This document shows, one piece after another, positions 1 to 13,669 of a DNA stretch of 64,000 nt. The stretch's first letter is position 1. Each line of letters begins with the position of its first letter. The stretch covers positions 105,276,001-105,340,000 of the forward strand of contig OZ024745.1 of NCBI GenBank assembly GCA_964016885.1, read 5' to 3'. Made by a program: the position numbers and the translations under genes. This DNA is from Eledone cirrhosa (taxonomy: Eukaryota). Under the pieces are notes generated by a model that worked only from the letters and a program-made list of their open reading frames with translations, did no database searches and was not told the DNA's origin.

Positions 1-215
1 GGTATCCTGCCGGTTGGTTTTGCCCTTAAAATCTGTCCAGCCATTCTTTCCTAAGACATTCTAACTACATCCCCATAGTATCAGAGCTGTGATTTCTCAA
101 TTCGGAGAAGTAGCAGCTCTACCTGGAATGACTCTGATCTCTGAACTACGCACTTTGAGTAACGTTACTTTAAAGAACCTTCGGAGGAACCCCATTTTGG
201 CCCCTTGTATTCACG
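1..215 (-). pseudogene. Decayed RTE-clade LINE 3' coding fragment
   Basis: The minus strand reads, with frameshifts and stops, MGFLRR..KVRSSEIR..RIEKSQL*YYGDVVRMS*ERMAGQILRAKPTGR. This resembles the post-RT C-terminal region of RTE LINEs. Confidence 0.6.
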
Positions 216-478
216 ATCCTTTTAAAATAGACAAGCACACATGAGATAATGTGGTCCATAAAACAACATCACAGCAGGTTTATCTTTGATTACTGGCTGA
301 TCAATCAATGGTAACCTCGGATCAAACAACAGCGGTAACAAAAACATGTTTCAAGACGAGTCAATGATATGCGCTCCCTTATTCTTCGAGAAATAGCAGC
401 TAAATCCTTCTCAGACTACACTCTTCTGCTATCATAAGATTACGATTGACTAAATTCTTCTGGAGACCCTATAATAAT

Positions 479-660
479 AATTGTTTTTATTTTTGGCTCA
501 AGGCCAGCAAATACCCAGTGCATTACTGGGACTTTATTTTATCGACCCTGTAAGGATGAAAGGCAAAGTTAACCTCTGCGGGATTTGAACTCAGAATGGC
601 AAGGGCCGTAACTATGCGTCAAAGCATGGCGTCCGACCCTCTACCGATACTGCCAATCTA
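479..660 (-). mobile_element. tRNA-derived SINE (dominant family), near full length
   Basis: Reverse complement of the family consensus: A-box TGGCAGTATCGG, B-box GAGTTCAAATCCC, central GCCTTTCATCCTTACGGGGTCGATAAAATAAAGTACCAG, tail CCTTGTGCCAAAAGTAGAAACAATTAT. Confidence 0.85.
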
Positions 661-1807
661 TAATAATAATAAAGTACCTCAAGGCAGCAAACTCGGTCCT
701 CTTTTGTTTCTAATCATGTTGTCAGATATAAACAAGAATATACATTCGGACAACCTCAGCATCTAAGTTTACGACACTGAAGTGATACTGAAAATCAAAA
801 CACACGGAGATAATACTCTCTAAATGGCCATATACGACTGAACTCACCATGATATTATCATATTTATTAACGCAATTCCATGCTCTTCCTTTAGAACGAA
901 AATCAGCAAGAAAATATTCAATCTTCTACTAAACGAGGAAACAATTCAAACCTTTTAATATGCTAGTGATATGGACGTGGTTAGTTACGTCTGCGGATCT
1001 CTGTTTTTCTTGAGTCATATCAACAGATTTACGATAACATGCCAGCAGCTTATAATCCGGGAAAAGAGAAATTTTATCATTATAAGAAACCTGACTGTTA
1101 TGTTGATATTCTGGGAATTATTTTCACCAAGTTTATTGGATTAGTATTCCCAGCTTTTGGTCTCCAAAAAGAGATTGAAAACAAAAAAAAAAACAATTAA
1201 AAAAAAGGAATCATGAAAGCCAGAGATTTGAACTACTTGAGACGCTACCACAAACTATGTATCTATACCTGAGCTTTCAAAACAATTAACTTCAACGACA
1301 CTTTTTTTTTATTAAGGATATTTTTTCACGACACATTATTTTTTTGTCAGTAACACGAAATTAACGAAATTAATAAATAAACAATTAAATGTTGTCATCT
1401 AATCGTACATAGAGTTAATGGATATCAAATATACTTCACAGCCAAAAATATTTCAGAGTTGATTTCTTTTCAGTTCCAATTACGACTTAGATTCGTGACA
1501 AACCCAGAAGTTAACGATTACTTACCTAAGTGTCATGACAAACAGTTTCGAAATGTTTGCTTTAGAAGAACATCCTACATACATAGGAAGTCTCCATAAC
1601 TTGTTACCTAACAGAATGAACAAGAGAACTGGTAGCTACTGTCTGATCTCAAAATGCACTTCTCCAATCTCTTGCATCAGGTTCTGTCACATAGTTGTCG
1701 CCGTGATGAAGGTGATGATGATGATGATGATAATGATGATGATGATGATGATGATGATATTCGGTAAATGCACCAAAGACGTTCACCATTACCCCACATC
1801 CTAAGTA

Positions 1808-2077
1808 CTACAATTACTACCACCACCACCACCACTACTACTACTACTACTACAACTACTACTACTAGTGTTGCTGCTACTATTACTACCACTATTACTA
1901 CCACCACCACCACCACCACCACCACCACCACCACTACTACTACTACTACTAGAAGTGCTGCTGCTACTTTTACCACCACCACCACCACTACTACTACTAC
2001 CACTACCACTACTACTACTACTAGTAGTAGTGCTGCTGCTACTATTACCACCACCACCACCACTACTACCACTACCA

Positions 2078-2122
<45 letters not shown>

Positions 2123-2191
2123 GTGCTGCTGCTACTATTACTACTATCACTACCACCACTACCACCACCACCAATACCACCACCACCACCG

Positions 2192-2258
<67 letters not shown>

Positions 2259-2265
2259 TACCACA

Positions 2266-2299
<34 letters not shown>
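1808..2299. repeat. Compound (ACT)n/(ACC)n trinucleotide microsatellite
   Basis: Direct inspection. It produces the poly-T, poly-V, poly-S and poly-L ORFs. Confidence 0.95.
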
Positions 2300-2583
2300 T
2301 ATTTCATACAATATGTCTTTTCCCCTCTATTTTCTTGTGTATGTGTCGCCCCCTCGTCACGCCCCCGCCCCGCCCTTCCATCAGTGTAGTTCCTTTGAAA
2401 TATTGTCCTGCTTATATAACAACTGTCTTCCACTTTAGAATTTTTAGAATTCATTTAATCAATTTTGGCAGATATTTTTTTTTAGACAGGAGACATTCAA
2501 ATATTTCATAACGTCAATCAACTAGTTATCGAGATTATTCCTTTTTTTTTTATCTTAATTTCTTTTGTTTCTCTCTTTTTTTT

Positions 2584-2651
<68 letters not shown>

Positions 2652-2823
2652 AAACAGCTTTCTGTTTCTCTTCTAAGCAATTTAGCAAAAATAGTGTCTT
2701 CTCCGCAAAAATATCTTTTAGATCAATGATAATATATTTGTTATTTTGAAGGCTAACTTGTCATTCTTAAAGGAGTCTTAAATTTGCTACAAAGCTAGGT
2801 GACTAATTCTGCAGCCTGCAAAT

Positions 2824-2880
<57 letters not shown>

Positions 2881-3156
2881 CACGCATGCACACACACACA
2901 TGCACACATGCACATACACGCACATACGCACACATACGCACACACACAGGCACACACGCATGCACGCACGCGCACACGCATGCACACACGCATGCACACA
3001 CACGCGCACACACATACTCACACACATACACACATAGACACACACACATACACATACACACACACACATGAACACACGCACACACACACACACGCACACA
3101 CAAACACGCACACACACACGCACACATGCACTCACACATACTCAGACACATACACA
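2824..3156. repeat. (CA)n and degenerate CA microsatellite
   Basis: Direct inspection. Confidence 0.95.
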
Positions 3157-3688
3157 AATTGTTAAGTTACTTGCTCTATGCTAGGGTCTACGTTGAAACA
3201 TCCAAACAGTTTTAGATCAGAATTAAATAAACATTCTTACCTTAGGCAAGCTCCTCTTGAAATCATTACAAACCTTCTAAAGATTTCAAAGTTCGCAATA
3301 GCTAAAACCAATAGCCATTCGAAAACTTTAACAGAATATAAGATACACGGCTATCAAAACATATATGAACTATTCAATACTCCAGGGAGTATTATCGTCC
3401 GAAGTACCTCATATAAATTCGCCTAAAAATCTGATGCTTCTGCACACAGAAAAAGAGAACAAACCACGCCAAGACTCATAACACTAAAACTGAATCGCGG
3501 GCCCCGAAACTCTTACCCTCTCAAAATCTACCTCCACCATTAACTCTAGAACAATCCATCTATACAATCATTCATACATACATACATGTACTAATGCCGC
3601 ATTCATGCATGTATGCATACCTATACACACGCATACAAAATAGCTACCTACATACAAGCATACATACAAACATACATACATACATACA

Positions 3689-3722
<34 letters not shown>

Positions 3723-3756
3723 CATATATACATACATACATACATACATACATACA

Positions 3757-4086
3757 TGGTGGCTGCCAACTCGTTTTCGAGTACAGCCACTACTTTATGT
3801 CCATGTAGGAGAACCCCTACCGATGCGCTGAACGAGTGTGACCTTTTAGTCCAGCCAGCGATTTGAAAACTCTGGTACAAACACTACACTTGTGACAATT
3901 ATTGACACATAGTGCTGGGCCCATGGTACCATGTGATGACAAGTGCAGAGAGATCTCCAGATATAAAGCAATGCCTGTGCCGTGAAGCTTTTATAATGAG
4001 CAAAGGCACTGCACAAAGCCAGTCCCACTCTCTTGACCAAGATGATATTTACCAAAAAGAAGAACAAGTCAACATCATTGGATACT
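3757..4086 (-). mobile_element. (ATGT)n-tailed non-autonomous retroposon, subfamily A (RTE-like leader)
   Basis: Homologous to 27531-27920 and, in opposite orientation, to 34352-34956. The 3' end GAGTTGGCAGCCACC is followed by (ATGT)n. Confidence 0.7.
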
Positions 4087-4099
4087 ATACATACATACA

Positions 4100-4130
<31 letters not shown>

Positions 4131-4154
4131 GGAAATACATATATTATGCAAACA

Positions 4155-4402
4155 TGATGGCTGCCCCCTCATTATCGACTATGGCCATTGCACGATATAA
4201 CATTATTAATAATGATTAATTAATTCTATCGTGTAATGCCTGTGTGTGAAGATTTTTTAAATCAACATCAACATCATCGGTAACTACTGAGGTGCAGGTT
4301 TTATGTCAAAGTTATCCCAGTTTCCTGAGTTGCCTTCTCCTAGAAGAATGCCCTGACAAAGGCTAGGGGTCCATCACTACCAGTGGTTTAACCGCGCGAT
4401 CG
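4155..4402 (-). mobile_element. (ATGT)n-associated retroposon, subfamily B
   Basis: Homologous to 35108-35415. It shares the TAGCCTTTGTCAAGGCA..CTAGGAGAAGG block with subfamily A. Confidence 0.6.
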
Positions 4403-4916
4403 AGTATCCAGCCCGATTATTTCTATGTCCCCGCGCATATACGCACACATGCATATACATACATATATATATACATATACATACATACATATATACATAT
4501 GTATATACATATTTACACATTTTTATGTATGGCCGTTGACTCTTCTGATTTCTCCCGCCCTTTCTCACATGCATACATACATATAGGTATACATATATTA
4601 TACATACATACATACATAAATGCATGAGCAGTAAAAAAAAAAGTGTGAGCAAGGAAAAGAAAAAAGAGCAAAATAGATAGATAGAGAGCGAAAAAGAGAG
4701 AAAGAGAGAGTGATGAGACAGATGAAGAGAGAGAAAGAGAGGATGAGAGAGAAAGAAAGAGAGAATAAAGAAAATTAAGCGATTATATCAGTGAATATTG
4801 TATTTGCAGAGGAAATGAAAGTTAAACAGAAACAATACTCACGTACGACCACGTGTATATATGTATGCATACACATATATGAACGTGTGTATAATGCGTA
4901 TATATATATATATATA

Positions 4917-5814
4917 CGAGGTGTGACAGAAAAGTTCCAGGACTGATGTCATAAAAGATTTATTTCAAGCCCAAACTTCACACTAAGAGTTTTCTCCTTC
5001 AAAGTAATTCCCCTGGAGTCTAATGCACTTTTCCATCCTTTTCTGCCACGCTTGCATGCACTCCTGGAAAGATTCTTCCGGGATCCTCAGCAGTTCCGTC
5101 GTCACGGCCTTTTTGATGTCGTCCACGTCTTCAAAACGGGTCCTCTCCGAGTTGTATTCGAAGATCCATGACTCATCACCGGTGATGACTGTCCCTAGCA
5201 AGTCTGGTTCGGTTTCCAGACGCTCGAGGATGTCCTGGCACACTTACATGCGCCGACCCTTCTAGTCATCGTTCAGCTGTTTTGGCACCATCTTCGCGCA
5301 GACTTTCTGCATGTCCAAATCTTCAGTGAGAATCTTCCAGACGCTGTCCCGATTCATGCCCAGCTCATTTGCCATCAGTCGAACAGTCAGCCGACGATCG
5401 CTACGCACCATCTGCCTGACGCGCTCAACGTTGACCTCAGTCCTGGTTGTTGAGGGCCTTCCGCTCTTGGGGTCATCTTCCACTTCCTCGCGTCCTTCTT
5501 TAAACCTCTTGCACCACTCAAAAACACGTGAGCGTGACATCGTCTCATTTCCATACACTTGCTGCAGTGGAGTTTTCCCCAACCGTACCAGAAACTTCAA
5601 GTTTGTTCGTTGCTCTGTGTTCATTGATTGACGACCTGAAACAGAGGACATGTATATAAAATTATGAAGAAATAAGTTTGATCGGTGCAGAGAGCTAAGA
5701 TTACATTTACATACTCCAGGGGGATTATTTTGAAAGAGAAAACTCTTAGTGTGAACTTTGGGTTTTAAATAAATCTTTTGTGAGATCAGTCCTGGAATTT
5801 TTCTGACACACCAC

Positions 5815-5815
<1 letters not shown>
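4917..5815 (-). mobile_element. Tc1/mariner DNA transposon, internally deleted, with ~105-bp TIRs, in (TA)n
   Basis: TIRs CGAGGTGTGACAGAAAAGTTCCAGGACTGA... and ...TCAGTCCTGGAATTTTTCTGACACACCACG, flanked by TA on both sides. Confidence 0.9.
4983..5624 (-). pseudogene. Mariner-type transposase pseudogene (HTH domains, first catalytic D; DD34D core deleted)
   Basis: MNTEQRTNLKFLVRLGK..MSRSRVFEWCKRFKEGREEVEDDPKSGRPST..KVCAKMVPK, then VITGDESWIFEY joined directly to RFEDVDDIKKAV..WQKRMEKCIRLQGNYFEG. It has a stop/frameshift and a large internal deletion. Confidence 0.88.
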
Positions 5816-5872
<57 letters not shown>

Positions 5873-6030
5873 TCATACATACCCCCCCCCCCCCACAAAT
5901 ATATATATATCACATAAGAAACGGAGAATCAGTGGTGCGACGAATAAGATTTATCAGACATATTACAATCGTTTCTCTTTCTCTGTGTATAAATATTTAT
6001 ATGTATATTTGTATATATATATATATGCAC

Positions 6031-6189
<159 letters not shown>

Positions 6190-6215
6190 TGTGTGTGTGT
6201 GTGCGTGTGTGTGTG

Positions 6216-6255
<40 letters not shown>

Positions 6256-6757
6256 CAGACATACAGAAAGAAGGAGAGAGAAAGAGAGAGTTGGAGATAA
6301 AGTAACACGACGTGAGATATGTGTAATCATTGATTGGTAAAGTAAACCTAGGAGAAATAGAGACATGCCAAAACCATGTCGATGCCCAGCTTACGATAAA
6401 AAGCACTGGGTTATAATTTAATTCAGCTGAACACAGCATATGGAGTAAAGAGTAAATCAATAGACATAATAGACATAACATAGATAGAGATATTGGTTAG
6501 CTCCACAACAGACACACATACATATAAATGTATACATACATAGAGAAAAACTATAACGGACACAAACGTGTATATGTGTGAATACTATCTCGATCATTAA
6601 CACACATATACACGCAAACACACACATATATATATATGTAAATATATATATGTAAATATATGTATGTATTTATATATATTTATGTATATATATATATATA
6701 CATATGTATGTATATGTATATGTATGTATATATATATATATATATATACATATATAT

Positions 6758-6856
<99 letters not shown>

Positions 6857-7483
6857 ATTGTTTATAATTATGATATAAACATATGAATTTTTAAAAACTA
6901 GACATAAGATCATTACTTTTCACACATTATAGATACATGTCTCATTCCTGAATACTGATATTTACATTATAATGCCTGTTTTATACGAACTAATATTTTC
7001 TACATGATGAAACATAGCGTTTTTTTAAATTCTGCCTCGTTTATGTCTGATTATTTTTCATTTTCTCTTTTTCATTTTCTCTTTTTTCTCTCTATATAAC
7101 GGCTATTTTCTCTCTTAACTACATACATCTCTCTTTACATTAATACTAGAGCTAAATAAATAAATAAATAAATAAATAAATGTATCAACTGATACTCAAC
7201 TACCTAGTTTCTCTATCTATCTCTATCTATCTCTTTCTTTTTTTCCTCTCTCTATATATCTCTCTCTGTTCCTTTACATGAAGTTCTTCTCTTTATCTAT
7301 CTTTCTATATCTCTCTATTTAGTCACATGCATTTCTTATTTTTCTTCGTTTTTCTTTCTTTCTTTCTTTCTCTCTTTCTTTTTACAACTGTCCACAATAT
7401 TTTTACTGCCAAATCAACTTCCCAAATGCAAGTCGATTGAAAGGTATGTCATATCTATTTATTTATAAGACTGTTTATATTGT

Positions 7484-7547
7484 ATTTTGTCTGATGAAGG
7501 CATAACATATTGTTAATGTGATATCCCTGAAATATATATAATGAAAT
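7484..7547 (+). ncRNA. Type I hammerhead ribozyme motif
   Basis: Stem I ATTTTGT/ATGAAAT, core CTGATGA (7491-7497), stem II AGG..CCT, GAAA, stem III T-ATAT-ATA (AUA site), then AATAAA. A homologue lies at 50096. Confidence 0.7.
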
Positions 7548-7676
7548 AAATATGGTTTTATAAATATAGTTTCCATTTATTTAATATCATAAATATACTC
7601 CAAATACTTGTTGAGTGCTTTTATATCAGTTATAAATATTTACTCGTTGTTAACCCAACAATTTAAATATAACTTT

Positions 7677-7742
<66 letters not shown>

Positions 7743-8044
7743 ATTTATATATATATATATATACATACATACGTACACATATATATGTGCGTGTTTACAT
7801 CTCTCGTATCTCTTTGTGTTCCGCACTGGAGTTATTGAGACGAGAGCACAATATAATAAATAATATCCTAATATTTTCATTCGCTATTTACTCAGCCATA
7901 CTCTTTCCGACATTTTTCTCATGTGCAGAAGATGTATGAGAAGCTAGTATGTTGATGTTTTTCATAATACAATCAAGTTAAATATCAATTAATATATATA
8001 TATATATACATAAATACGTACATATATGTATATATATATATATA

Positions 8045-9105
8045 CGTGGAAAAGTAAGAAATCTGAGAACAGACCGTTAATACATGTTTATTTAAAACAG
8101 CACCTACGTACGTTTCGCCCGGATGGGCTTCTCAAGGGCATAACTAACTAAAAGTGTTCCTTACATGGCCCGGAAAGTGTTTTTGGAGGTAAGTTCACGT
8201 CAGAGTTCATTCTACGCAAAAAATGCGTGTTTTGATTTTGCAGTAGGTCAAGGGAGGTAACTCTAGCTGGTGTTAGGGCAGTCTTTCCCGGACAATTTTT
8301 TTTATCCGTTACAAGATATGGTTACAACCTTATCATTGTCGATAGGCACAGGGTGAGGTAAGCAACGTTTATTTTGAGACGTTTGTTTACTGCACCTTTC
8401 CGCCTGGGTCATTTGAAGCTGGGTCTGGGATGCATAGTTAGTTTCCAGATGTTTTTTGCAGCGCCTGCCTGCCGGGGTATACGGTTTCACTCCTCATCTT
8501 TATCCCATCTGAAGAAGGATATTTTTAAGCGATGTGTACAGCTTATCGTCGTTTCAGCTCTGCTGTTGATCGTGGGGTGCAGTTATGATGTGGTAGAGCT
8601 CCATGAGGCAAAGATCGCACTTTCTCTTGAAGTTGCACGGTGCAGCCCTGCCGACAATACCCAGTGCGTGGAGAAGCTGATGTTTAAGTCCTTTAATGGC
8701 GTGATGTAGTCCGCGAGTGAAGTGGAGTGTCTTAATTTCTTATTTGTGAAAGAGTGGAGATGTGTTCAAAATCTAATTTTGAACGGACCAGAGGTAGCCC
8801 CTATATAATGTTTAACGCTATTGTGGCTAGTTACAGTGCACCTATATATAACCCTATCAGCCAAGCAGTATCCTCTAAGGGGGCAGCGTACCCTGTCGCG
8901 GCAGTTGCAATTTCTGTCGCGGTCTCTTCTAATTCCCACGGTAAGGCTATCATTATTGCTATCTACGTTCTTACCTACGCTCCCGCACCTGTCGTTAGCA
9001 CCATTACAACCCATTGTGCGCGGGGTGGAACCATTATTATTCCGCACGTCATGTCCTGCATGTTCCCCAGTATATATATACTGGGGAACATGCAGGACAT
9101 GACGT
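8045..9105 (-). mobile_element. Penelope-like element (PLE) 3' portion: GIY-YIG endonuclease remnant, 3' UTR and terminal HHR
   Basis: [40 protein letters not shown] followed after a frameshift by ..KCDLCLME... An HHR and AATAAA lie downstream. Both ends abut TA-rich repeats. Confidence 0.8.
8100..8139 (-). ncRNA. Minimal hammerhead ribozyme, U3:A8 core variant
   Basis: Reverse complement GCCC-TTGAGAA-GCCC ATCC GGGC-GAAA-C GTAC GTA-GGTGC, with palindromic stem III ACGTACGT. Confidence 0.72.
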
Positions 9106-9147
9106 TCGGACGTGACGTATATATGTATATATGTATATATATACATA

Positions 9148-9233
<86 letters not shown>

Positions 9234-9329
9234 TATCTATATATATACATATTTATATATACATATATACATATATATACATATATACATATATATATAT
9301 ACATATATACATAGACACACAAGCACATA

Positions 9330-9659
<330 letters not shown>

Positions 9660-9672
9660 TATATATATATAT

Positions 9673-10140
9673 ATCTATATATATAAAACTGAGGTTGCCT
9701 GTTTACTAAAACGGTCGGCACACATCTCCTCCTAAACCGTATGTTCAAATTTCGGTGGAATTGCTACACTTATAGAAGAAGTTCCGGCGGAGACATCGGT
9801 CAAAAAAGATTTCAAATCGACCCAAGCCAAGTGCAAAAATCGAATTTGTAATGTATTGATTTTTCAGTTCAAATGTATAAATAGAGATGAGAGACGCGTT
9901 ATTCCCCTTTTATGGCGTCATTTGTTTATCTATTTGCGTTACGAATAATCGACGCGTGCAAAAGTACAAAAATACGCGAAGTTTTCGGGCTAGCAAAATT
10001 TTAACCTGCAAAATTCATGAGTTCGAAGTTTCAACATTAAGCTTCCATTTTGCTTTATTTCCATTAAAAAGTTTTTTAAAACAATATTTCAGCGCATCAG
10101 GCTCGCCATCACCCGAGGCAATGCTGCGAGTGTGATGGCT
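9673..10140 (+). mobile_element. Possible non-autonomous Helitron-like element
   Basis: Starts TCTATATATATAAAA, a typical Helitron-like 5' end, and has a GC-rich hairpin near 10104-10139. No clear CTRR end. Confidence 0.35.
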
Positions 10141-10746
10141 TGCCTCAAAATTAGAGAGGTTGCCCAGTACTCGCGACGTTGCTGTCTTTTGCTCTGGTGT
10201 TGGCTCCGTTGTTCACCCCTTCCTTTGCATTTTCTTTAATAGTGTAGCATTGAAGGAATATATCTTTCATTGTATCCTCCTTTGTAGTGTTACCGAGGCA
10301 TTTGTAATGTTATTTATGTATATATTTAAAACATATTTGTTATGTTATTCTACTGTTATGTTATTCTATATATTTATTTATATGCTCTGCTTATATTTTC
10401 ATTCTGAAGGAATTGCAAACGATTTGTAATGTTCTTTGTGCAACAACGAATAAAATATTTTTACTTGAAAACAAGCCTATTTGAATACACTACTACACTA
10501 AAAAATCTATGAAACTACATACATGTTGCAACTCTCTCTCTCTATATATATATCACACACACACATATACATATACATCTAAAGAGAGAAAGGGAGATGT
10601 AGAGAGAGAGAGAGAGTGAGATAGGTCGTTATACAGAGAGAGGTACAAGATAATCAGATAGAGAGACAGAGAGAGAGATATATATATATAGAGAGAGAAT
10701 GGCGACGAACGCTGGTTCACACACACACAAACACACATATATATAT

Positions 10747-10857
<111 letters not shown>

Positions 10858-10921
10858 TGCACGTTCTTTATTGTTCTCCATTTTGTAGAGGAAGAGAGAG
10901 AGAGAGAGAGGGGGTATGAGT

Positions 10922-10952
<31 letters not shown>

Positions 10953-11589
10953 TATGAGAAAAAAAGGGAGAGGGGTTGAGAAAGAAAGAAATGTTAAGCA
11001 AAGAATCGCTGCTTTCAACATTAACGGGATCTTCTTAAACTAAAAAATTCAATCTGTGAACACAGAATTAAATATTTCGAGAAAAATTGCAGCCGAAGGA
11101 AAAAAGGAAGACGATACTTTGGTTCGTGAAGACGTTACGTGGTGATGAACGGAGAAAAAGCGAGGATAATACGTGGTTATGTGGACCGAGAGAAATAATT
11201 TCATGCAAAGACAAGACCAAGTTTATGGTATAAAAGGCGTCGTTAGACTAATATTCTATTTAAAATAACCGAATGATTTCCAGCCCCGAAGTTTAAGAAT
11301 GATGTAAATAAAATTGTAAACGAAAATGACAGAGGTTATTAAAATAGTTGTTTCTACTTTTGGCACAAGGCCAGCAATTACCCAGTACATTACTGGTACT
11401 TTATTTTATCGACCCCGTAAGGATGAAAGGGAAAGTTAACCTCGACGTTATTTTAACTTTGCCTTAAAATAGTAAAAGTAAATAGTGAAGATTTAGGCCA
11501 GTACATACGTATGCGCCGACGGACATACACATACATATACATACGCTCACACAATTACATACACACACACACGCGCGCGTGTATGTGTA

Positions 11590-12004
11590 AACCTTATGCA
11601 TTTCTACAGTATTTTCACCAAACTTAAGACATAGGTTACTTATGTACTCTGGATGGTCATGGGCACTGTCATTTTTCCAGATATTGATTATAGGGCCTCC
11701 CGGCAGATAACCCCCTTCAACCAATTCCTTGGAGTCGACTGAAGCATTGCAGTGCAATGCAACAAAACGTCATAACTTCTGGATTTCGCAACTGATTTTC
11801 ACAAAACTTGACACATGGGCTACGTTTGTTCTACAGATGAATGTGAACTCTCAGAATTGGCACATATTGAGTAGGGGACCCCTGGGGGCAGGAACCCCCT
11901 TTTGGAAAAAGCCGATGATTTTGTAAAAGTATAGTTTTCGAAGCAGCAGTGAAGTATTGACATAAATGGTATACATAACTGCTATTTAATACCCGAGCCA
12001 CGCC

Positions 12005-12005
<1 letters not shown>
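11590..12005 (+). mobile_element. Non-autonomous Helitron/MITE-like element
   Basis: Internal repeated ATTTTCAC(C/A)AAACTT..ACAT block. The 3' AATACCCGAGCCACGCCG resembles Helitron subterminal sequence. About 75 bp are repeated inverted at 12873-12948. Confidence 0.4.
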
Positions 12006-12068
<63 letters not shown>

Positions 12069-12133
12069 GTAACAATAATATTTAATGGGAACAAAGAATC
12101 AGTATTGCATCATATACATATTTAATTACATAT

Positions 12134-12216
12134 TACATATGTTTCATTGCCGATCAGTTCCTGGAACGATCGAATATTGTTCGATCCTGACTCTGGAATC
12201 GGGAGCTCCTCAGATC
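12134..12216 (-). ncRNA. Degenerate hammerhead motif with long stem II (same family as 52759)
   Basis: Reverse complement CTGAGGA..GATTCCAGAGTC..GAAA-C ATAT GTA. Stem I is weak. Confidence 0.45.
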
Positions 12217-12575
12217 TTTGTTATCACATATAGACGTACGTCGAAATGGGTATGTATGTATGTATGTATGTATGTATGTATGTATGTATGTATGTATGTA
12301 TGTATGTATGTATGTATGTATGTATGTATGTATGCATGTATGTATGTATGTATGTATGTATGTATGTATGTACGTATGTATGTATGTATGTATGCATGCA
12401 TGTATGTATGTATGTATGCAAGTATGTATGTATACATGTATGCATGTATGCATGTATGCATGTATGTATGTACGTATGTAAGTATGCATGCATGTATGCA
12501 TGTATGTATGTATGTATGTAAGTATGCATGCATGTATGTATATGTATGTATGTGCAATATTATAGCTACACACAT

Positions 12576-12650
<75 letters not shown>

Positions 12651-12652
12651 TT

Positions 12653-12825
12653 TTAATATGGAAGAGCTTCTACAGGATTAGAACTGTTTCATTTGTGAGA
12701 AATCATCAGGATGAAACAGTTCTAGTCATGTAGAAGCTGTTCTATATTAACACTTTTATACTGTGCTATGTATTGAGTACCTTACTTACTGTAGGTACCT
12801 CCGAATCAATCCGGAATAACTTATA
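12653..12825. repeat. PLE-terminus-like cassette with inverted repeat (12653-12750)
   Basis: Arms TTAATATGGAAGAGCTTCTACAGGATTAGAACTGTTTCAT and ATGAAACAGTTCTAGTCATGTAGAAGCTGTTCTATATTAA. Homologue at 9481-9659. Confidence 0.6.
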
Positions 12826-13211
12826 TATATATATATATATATTAGTTTTGCGACGTTTTTGATATGATATCGTGCACTGCAATGATTCAGTCGACTCCAA
12901 GGAATTGGTTGAAGGGGGTTATCTGCCGGGAGGCCCTATAATCAATATTAGTTTTGATATATATATATATATATAAGCTATTCGGGGTTGAATCGGAGGT
13001 AACCACAGTTCTTATATATTTGATATATATTTTTCCTTATCGAGCCCTCTTTGGATTTTAGTCTTCAAATTTATTATTATTACTATATATATATATATAT
13101 ATATATGAGCAAGATGTATGGTAGGTCGTATGTGAATCGCGATGATCACGTCTGACCTACCAAATATGTGACGGTAGCTAGTTAAGCTCTATGCGTATAA
13201 GCAGAGCAGAA

Positions 13212-13485
13212 ATATTAATGAAAAAGAACAAAGGAACTATTATGACATTATAACAAGTTTATTGCCGACAGCCGTTTCGTCCGACCATATGGTGGGACTT
13301 TTCAAGCGGAGCTGCTGATGTATACCACAATTTCAAACTGCTAGTCTTAAGTGATACGTTGATGTAAATAATGAACTTACAATCACATGTTATATGCCTT
13401 GAAAAGTCCCACCATATGGTCGGACGAAACGGCTGTCGGCAATAAACTTGTTATAATGTCATAATAGTTCCTTTGTTCTTTTTTA

Positions 13486-13492
<7 letters not shown>
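13212..13492. repeat. ~95-bp-arm inverted repeat carrying HHR halves on both strands
   Basis: Left arm 13212-13306 is the near-perfect reverse complement of the right arm 13398-13492. The right end runs into (TA)n. Confidence 0.9.
13395..13441 (+). ncRNA. Minimal hammerhead ribozyme, U3:A8 variant
   Basis: TGCC-TTGAAAA-GTCC..GGAC-GAAA-C GGCT GTC-GGCA, immediately followed by ATAAA. Confidence 0.8.
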
Positions 13493-13550
<58 letters not shown>

Positions 13551-13616
13551 ATATATATATAAAATAAAATAAGTAAGTCAAACATGTAAAATTTGGGTTC
13601 GTTTATTATACATTCT

Positions 13617-13669
13617 CTGCTATATATATTTCGATGACAGCTAACATTGGCTGTGACCTTTTCAGGCAG
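13617..13669 (-). ncRNA. Hammerhead motif (C3/A8 mismatch)
   Basis: Reverse complement CTGC-CTGAAAA-GGT CACAGC..GCTGT C ATC-GAAA-T ATAT ATA-GCAG. A partial homologue lies at 31190-31260. Confidence 0.6.

Noticed and set aside
1677-2511. Mucin-like poly-Thr and poly-Val/Ser/Leu ORFs
   Set aside because: They are translations of an (ACT)/(ACC) microsatellite, open in several frames on both strands, with no gene context.
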